Assembly (NCBI GenBank): GCA_950097015.1
Contig: CATNEN010000038.1
Location: forward strand, 12,958,001 to 13,022,000
DNA: 64,000 bases
Source of the DNA: Macrostomum hystrix
Taxonomy: Eukaryota > Animalia > Platyhelminthes
Direction: 5' to 3'
The number at the start of each line of letters is the position of its first letter. Position 1 is the first letter of the stretch. Both the position numbers and the translations under genes were made by a program. Shown here in pieces: positions 58,636-64,000 of the stretch. A model generated the notes under the pieces. That model was not told the origin of the DNA. It saw nothing but the letters and a program-made list of their open reading frames with translations, and did no database searches.

Positions 58636-59098
58636 TGCTAATCTAGCTTTCTCACCTTTTTATCCATCCCTGCCTTGGCATTGGCAACCGTCTTTGCAAA
58701 CCAAATCTGACAAGCAGTGAATAACTGTGAATTTCTGCACACTGCTACATACTTAATGTAGTAGTTAAATCAGGATTGAGGTTTACACGCACTTGTCACT
58801 TGGCATGAGCATGCTTCACTGAGCATGCTTCTTGAAAAAAAACTACTTTCTCGTAATTTAAAGGTGGTTTTCTTTATTTAAATGGTGAAAATACGAGTAT
58901 TAACCAGAGTGATACAATTAATAATTTTTGAAACTACGCAGATGAAACTGAAAAACAACCAGAAGTTCTCTAGCAAGCTTCGGATTTGCAAGCGACGGCT
59001 GGAAAAATATAAATGATATCTTTCCTGAGTCACAACTGAATTGCAGGTGACACCGCTGCATGGAATTTATCTAGGGCGATGACAGTTTTCCAGCCAGC

Positions 59099-60883
59099 TC
59101 AACTGCTGCAAGCTGACTCAACTGCGCTGACTGCTGGAGACGCTGGCCTCACGTGGACAATATTTCCTGAGGAGCCTGATCGCTGTCTCCTGGTCCTGGC
59201 GATGAGGTTGTACAGTAGTTCAATGAGTTCGCACAAGCTCAGGAGGCTGCAGCCCAGGTAGATTCCGGCAGTGCCGCCCAGGTCTGAAATGTACGCCTGA
59301 AGTGAGTAGCCAGGCGACAGACGGATCTGCGAGCTTCTCGACTCCTCGGTCCGCAGCGTTACCTTTAAGCCGGAGCGAGAGAAAATCTTGGCGGCCATCT
59401 GCTCAGCCGCTGAAATATCATTTCTGACGTACACTAGGTAAGCAACATGGGCATACATGGCTTGCCAGGCCGGCCTGTACACTGTGGGAGTTGCTCTCAA
59501 AACCGCCAGCATAATGTCGATGATAAGGCGGATCTGTCCGTTCTCATTCGGCCAATTGGCGCTTGAAGTGCTGGCGTCATACTGCTGCGTGAGGCACAGC
59601 TGCTTACTCTGACACAGCTGTTGGAAGTCGCTCAGTGCGGCTGTGTCAACTCTGAGGGCCTGCAAGATGTTCGACTGGACACGAGACTCATTCAGGCCGC
59701 TCACATTCAGGCACAAGGAGAGATGCCTAAACTCCCAGGGCAGCGGATTCACGTACGGAGTGCAGCCATTTAGCGCTAACTGCCTGGCGAACTCGGAGAA
59801 GTAGCAGAAGCTATTGCTGTAGCGAAATGTGTACGCGGAACCGTCGTACGGATTGAGGAACTGCACTTCAGGAGCCTCAGTCAGACACTGCCCACCAAAT
59901 GCTGCAGGATCCTTCTTGATGTTCTGCTTGCTGAGGCCGATGCTGTAGGACCTGCCCGGAGCGAGCAGGAAGTTGGTCACGAACCTGCTTGGGTACTGGT
60001 CTCTCGGAGCCAGGTATAGCCTCATTCCCATCGGCCTGTCAATCTCGTACGGCATGTCCAGGTCCCAGTCATATACATATGTGGTCAAATTGTTGTACAG
60101 GGGTACAGTCAGGCTATTCACCTGGATAATACTACTTATATTAAGAGCAGGGTAAAAGTCTGTAAAGTGCGGATCAAGAATAAACTGGAAGTTAATCTCA
60201 GAGTTGACCTTGCTGAGCTCAGCTCGCCTCTGCTCGGTAAGTTCAACCTTGAGGCATTTCAGATGGTTAGGATGGTAGAATGCAGTGAGGGAGACGCCTG
60301 ACTTGCTGTCATTCTTTAGCACAGTCTGCTGTTCCTTGTGAGCTAGATGGTCCACCAGCAGACTGTACGGCATGGACTGGATTGCGGCCTTAAGCCTGTA
60401 TAGCTTCATCTGCTCAACCTGAGCCTCACTGGAGCCTGTGAGTGACGAATTCAGCAGCCGCTGTAGGGCAGAGTCGAAAGAGGCAAAAGTGACGTTCATC
60501 CGGTCGTTGATGTCGGCCACAACAGCAGCGGGGAGCGTAACAGAGTAGGTTCCCGAGATCTGGACATTGTTGCAGAAGTAAACGTCTGGAAACTCAAAGT
60601 CCACGGACTCGGCCTCGTATGAGGTGCTGACCTCGCCTTTCACAAGCTTATCTGTGAATCCGTACATGCTGTAGATGAACACCGCCAGCAGAGACAGGAA
60701 AGCGAGCAGCCAGCAGATCTTGACGTAGAGGGAACGCTGACCAGCCAGCCTATTCAGGCCATGGGCTGTGGTCTCGCTCGCCGCTGATTCCAGGATCTGT
60801 GTCACCAACGCTCCGGTGCTCAAGATCTGAGGCTGTGCAGCAGCCATTAGGTGATGCTTCTGACCTGGAATCGCAAAATACAT
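59099..60883 (-). CDS. DEG/ENaC (ASIC-like) sodium channel subunit, single exon
   Basis: TTAHG gating motif, TM1, FPDVYFCN, cysteine-rich thumb and TM2 YISDLGGTAGIYLGCSLLSLCELIE. The first in-frame ATG is at 60883. Confidence 0.93.
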   Translation of the reverse strand: MYFAIPGQKHHLMAAAQPQILSTGALVTQILESAASETTAHGLNRLAGQRSLYVKICWLLAFLSLLAVFIYSMYGFTDKLVKGEVSTSYEAESVDFEFPDVYFCNNVQISGTYSVTLPAAVVADINDRMNVTFASFDSALQRLLNSSLTGSSEAQVEQMKLYRLKAAIQSMPYSLLVDHLAHKEQQTVLKNDSKSGVSLTAFYHPNHLKCLKVELTEQRRAELSKVNSEINFQFILDPHFTDFYPALNISSIIQVNSLTVPLYNNLTTYVYDWDLDMPYEIDRPMGMRLYLAPRDQYPSRFVTNFLLAPGRSYSIGLSKQNIKKDPAAFGGQCLTEAPEVQFLNPYDGSAYTFRYSNSFCYFSEFARQLALNGCTPYVNPLPWEFRHLSLCLNVSGLNESRVQSNILQALRVDTAALSDFQQLCQSKQLCLTQQYDASTSSANWPNENGQIRLIIDIMLAVLRATPTVYRPAWQAMYAHVAYLVYVRNDISAAEQMAAKIFSRSGLKVTLRTEESRSSQIRLSPGYSLQAYISDLGGTAGIYLGCSLLSLCELIELLYNLIARTRRQRSGSSGNIVHVRPASPAVSAVESACSS

Positions 60884-61752
60884 TTCGGGCTGGATTGAAA
60901 CTTTGCAATCAACCAATCAATCTACCTTACTCGAATTAGTATCGAGCTTGAAGCTTACAGATTCTATGGGTAGGAAAATAGTGAAAATGCATGAGCATTA
61001 TGCAGCATCGTAGACATTTTGATAATTTCCAGCGATTAAGATTATTGGCTACCGTAAAATTAGTTTCCATTTCTGGGAAATCCATATGAAAACACTGTGT
61101 GTGAATTTATGTGCTTACCTCAAGTCGAAATGCCCTCAGAATAGTTTTCAGTCGATTGCTTAGAAATTATCGAATTCAACTGCTGAAAGAGAACTGCTGA
61201 ATTTCTAAGAATGGTAAACAGTCAGAGCATAAGTGGTCAGTCCGCAGAGCTTAAATAATTGGAAGAGAACATTTTTGCTTTTCTCTTTGCCACTTCAGGA
61301 TATTGGTTCAGTCTCTATCGCCATTTCTCTCAACACGAGATCGATCACTTTAGCTGATTATTCCGGATCGCAATGTTGACCGTTACCGTGACAACACAGT
61401 TAGGCAGGTGCCATCCGCAAGTGGACAGTTTTTGGCTTGCGCGGACGGAGTTGGGGCTAATTGATTCACTTGCTCTTGCTCCTGAATGTCATTCTTAACA
61501 GCGCTCGCTGTATTAGCTTGAACTCTCGACTGTCCAGTCCTACCAGTCCTATTTCCCAATTCATTTCTGTTCTGCTCTTCGGTTTTGTACTTTATCTGTA
61601 AGCAATTCAAAGACAGGGAATATTAATATCAGTCTCAGTCAATGGCTATCGAACATGCAAGAAGACTCCTGCTACGCTAAGGAGTTAGTGGACACAGTTG
61701 CTGTAATTCAGAAGTATTCCACATCGAAACAGAGGAGAACAGTGTTTTTCCA

Positions 61753-61754
61753 GC

Positions 61755-61805
<51 letters not shown>
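61753..61805. repeat. (CAG)n microsatellite between the two DEG/ENaC genes
   Basis: About 17 CAG units. Confidence 0.95.
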
Positions 61806-61808
<3 letters not shown>

Positions 61809-62393
61809 CTCGTAGAACACAAATTAGACTGGTGGATATGAGTTTAAGCCTCATGCTATGAATAGATTTCACCTTGAGCTGTACAAATAAATTACGCATA
61901 AATCTAAAGTGTAGCTAAAAACGGCTTGAGAAGTGTGCATTGTTAGCAGCGAGTCAAGTGGCGCAAAAGCTCCAATACTAAAATAGTTACAGTTCTGAAG
62001 GACAGAGATAGTGTTGTCAAGTGATCTAGTGCGAATGGACATGAATGCGATTCAGCCATAGGTTTGTACTAATTTAATTACTCAGCTTTGGAGAATACAA
62101 TGCACAGGCATGCAATCATGAAACGAGCGTGATAAAGGATTTACTATCAAAGGTTTTCATTCAATTGCTGATTGAATTAGCTTGCAATCTCTGCTAGTAT
62201 CCTGTTATCGCGTTGGCATTGACAACAGAAGATCCAACAAAAGTATTTTAGAACAAAGCTAGGATTTATAATTGAAGTCATCGTTGCATGCAATAACTTA
62301 GGCCAGCTAGGTGGTGCTTGTAGTGCTCCAGTTTTTGTGAAAGATCTGCTCTGCCCTGCAGACCATCGATATCAGCTGCTGCCTCAGTAAAAA

Positions 62394-63934
62394 ATGGAGT
62401 CGGACAATACAAGAATTGCCATCACAGTGTTTCCACTGCCATTCGCTGACAAACCCAGCTTCCTACAGGGCTTGGCGCTTCTGCTGTCTGTCGGTCTGTT
62501 GGCCGTCACCTCCTACCAGGTGACGCTGAGCGTAAACGACTACCTCTCGAATCCGACCGTGGTCACGATCAAGAACTCAGAAAGTGTCACTTTTCCTGAG
62601 CTGCTGTTGTGCAACAATGTTCCTCTGAGCTTCACGTCAGCGGCCACTGGTATGGGCTTTTTCAAACAGTTTTTGCTAGAGTTTATCGGTGTTTACAACA
62701 CAGTGCAGGGCCCTCGAAAGGGCTCAGGTCCCATCGACATCGAGGCCTTGGTGCATACCATTGGCAGAGACAAGTTCAAGCAGTACCTGAGCATCTGGCC
62801 CGAGACGCTTGTCTTCAGCTGCCGCTTCAGCGACGGCACTGATTGCAGCGGACGGGAGTTCTTCGAGCAGGTGGACCACCCGACATACCTGAACTGCTAT
62901 CGCTTTCTGCCAAATCGCAGATTCACGGATGTCACCTTCATTCTGTTCAGCGAGAGCCTTATCGGATCGACTGACTTGTCCCCATTGTTTCTGAACGAGA
63001 AGTCCTTCCCGCTGTCGGCCATCACCATGGATAGTAGTCTGGAGTACGACCGCTCATCTGGTGCAGTTCTCTTCATGAAGCACCCCCGTAAGTTGTATTT
63101 CGATATTACTATATACTCTCACATTAGACCATTATACATTATACATCACGCTGAAAATTTGCCTTCGAATGGTAATTAAGTCGGCTGAAAATCCAACCAG
63201 CAGTTTTTTATTTGGCTGGGATTTACAAACCCACAAACACATCTTCAATATGAGTACTAAGGTATATAGGAAGAAAATACAAGAAGATAGTAAAAAAATT
63301 TTATATTTGTTTATGTAATACACTCGTACTTCTAAATAATTCAAAATAAATCTTAAAGCCCCACTTTTACAACCGCTTTGTTCATACTCGTATATGTTTC
63401 AAGGACTACTAACGCTAACTTCTAGTGAAACTTAAGAAAATGGACTGAACAAAAATCACCTGTTTTATAAGAGGTAAAACTGTCTGATTTATTCGAATAA
63501 CGATATCAGGCTTACGAGCTTACAACACTAGTCCTACTTAAAGTAGACATACTTATAGTCAACGCGCAATAAAATGGACACACCTAACAAAAAATTCTTT
63601 TTTTTGCCAGATGCTTAACAACAGATAATTTAACTTCGCAGAATACTACATGCACCCAGTATTCCGCGTGATGATTAGCACCGGTCAGAGCAGTGTGGTC
63701 GGCTTCACTGAACAGCACCGGTTAGCTATCAACAAGGCTGATGACCCGTGCCTGGACTCACCGCAGAATGCCAGTTATAATATATTCCAGCAGGTAGTTG
63801 GCGGCACAAACCAGAGCAACAGCGGCTACAAGCTGGTGTGGCAGAACTTCACCAGCCTCAAGCAGGACTGCGTGATGAGTGCCGTTGCTGACTACCTGGA
63901 GGCAACTTGCGGCTGTCGCGACCCAAATTCGCCG
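62394..63934 (+). CDS. DEG/ENaC family subunit, partial (continues past the window)
   Basis: Exons 62394-63087 and 63642-63934 (phase-1 join KHPQYYMHP). TM1, YLSNPT..., FPELLLCN, SCRFSDG..C, HPTYLNCYRF and CGC motifs. Confidence 0.85.
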
Positions 63935-64000
63935 GTGAGATCACTTTGACATTCGATTTGATCTGCAGCCGACTGTGGAAAACAGGCCTGTATTGCAATA

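Overview
This is eukaryotic (animal) genomic DNA with GT-AG introns, GC-rich exons and many minisatellites. The style suggests a flatworm such as Macrostomum, but that is inference only. Bases 1-13327 are the right-hand part of an apparently intact Polinton/Maverick (adintovirus-like) endogenous virus. It encodes a parvovirus-type PLA2, rve integrase, an adenovirus pX-like core protein, protein-primed PolB, adenain protease, a membrane-hairpin protein, a coiled-coil protein, A32-like ATPase, two GxG-motif core proteins, major capsid, penton and a small ORF. It ends in the canonical ACTACT terminus inside an intron of a bestrophin gene. Almost all of its genes start with an A-run running into the ATG, usually T-A(n)-ATG and often after a T-run, and intergenic gaps are mostly only 17-32 bp. 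This resembles poxvirus-type late promoters and suggests transcription by a helper giant virus (a virophage-like lifestyle). The host part holds bestrophin (5 exons), an aminergic GPCR whose 7.2-kb intron carries a nested minisatellite>LINE>SINE stack, a zf-3CxxC/RTP-like gene, mitochondrial RRF, a RING-less MEX-3, an unusual ankyrin-repeat plus TRPM-type channel, a frameshifted mucin-stalk membrane protein and two divergent DEG/ENaC genes. It also has two tRNA-SINE families, hAT- and Mutator-type MITEs with TSDs, and eight minisatellite arrays.
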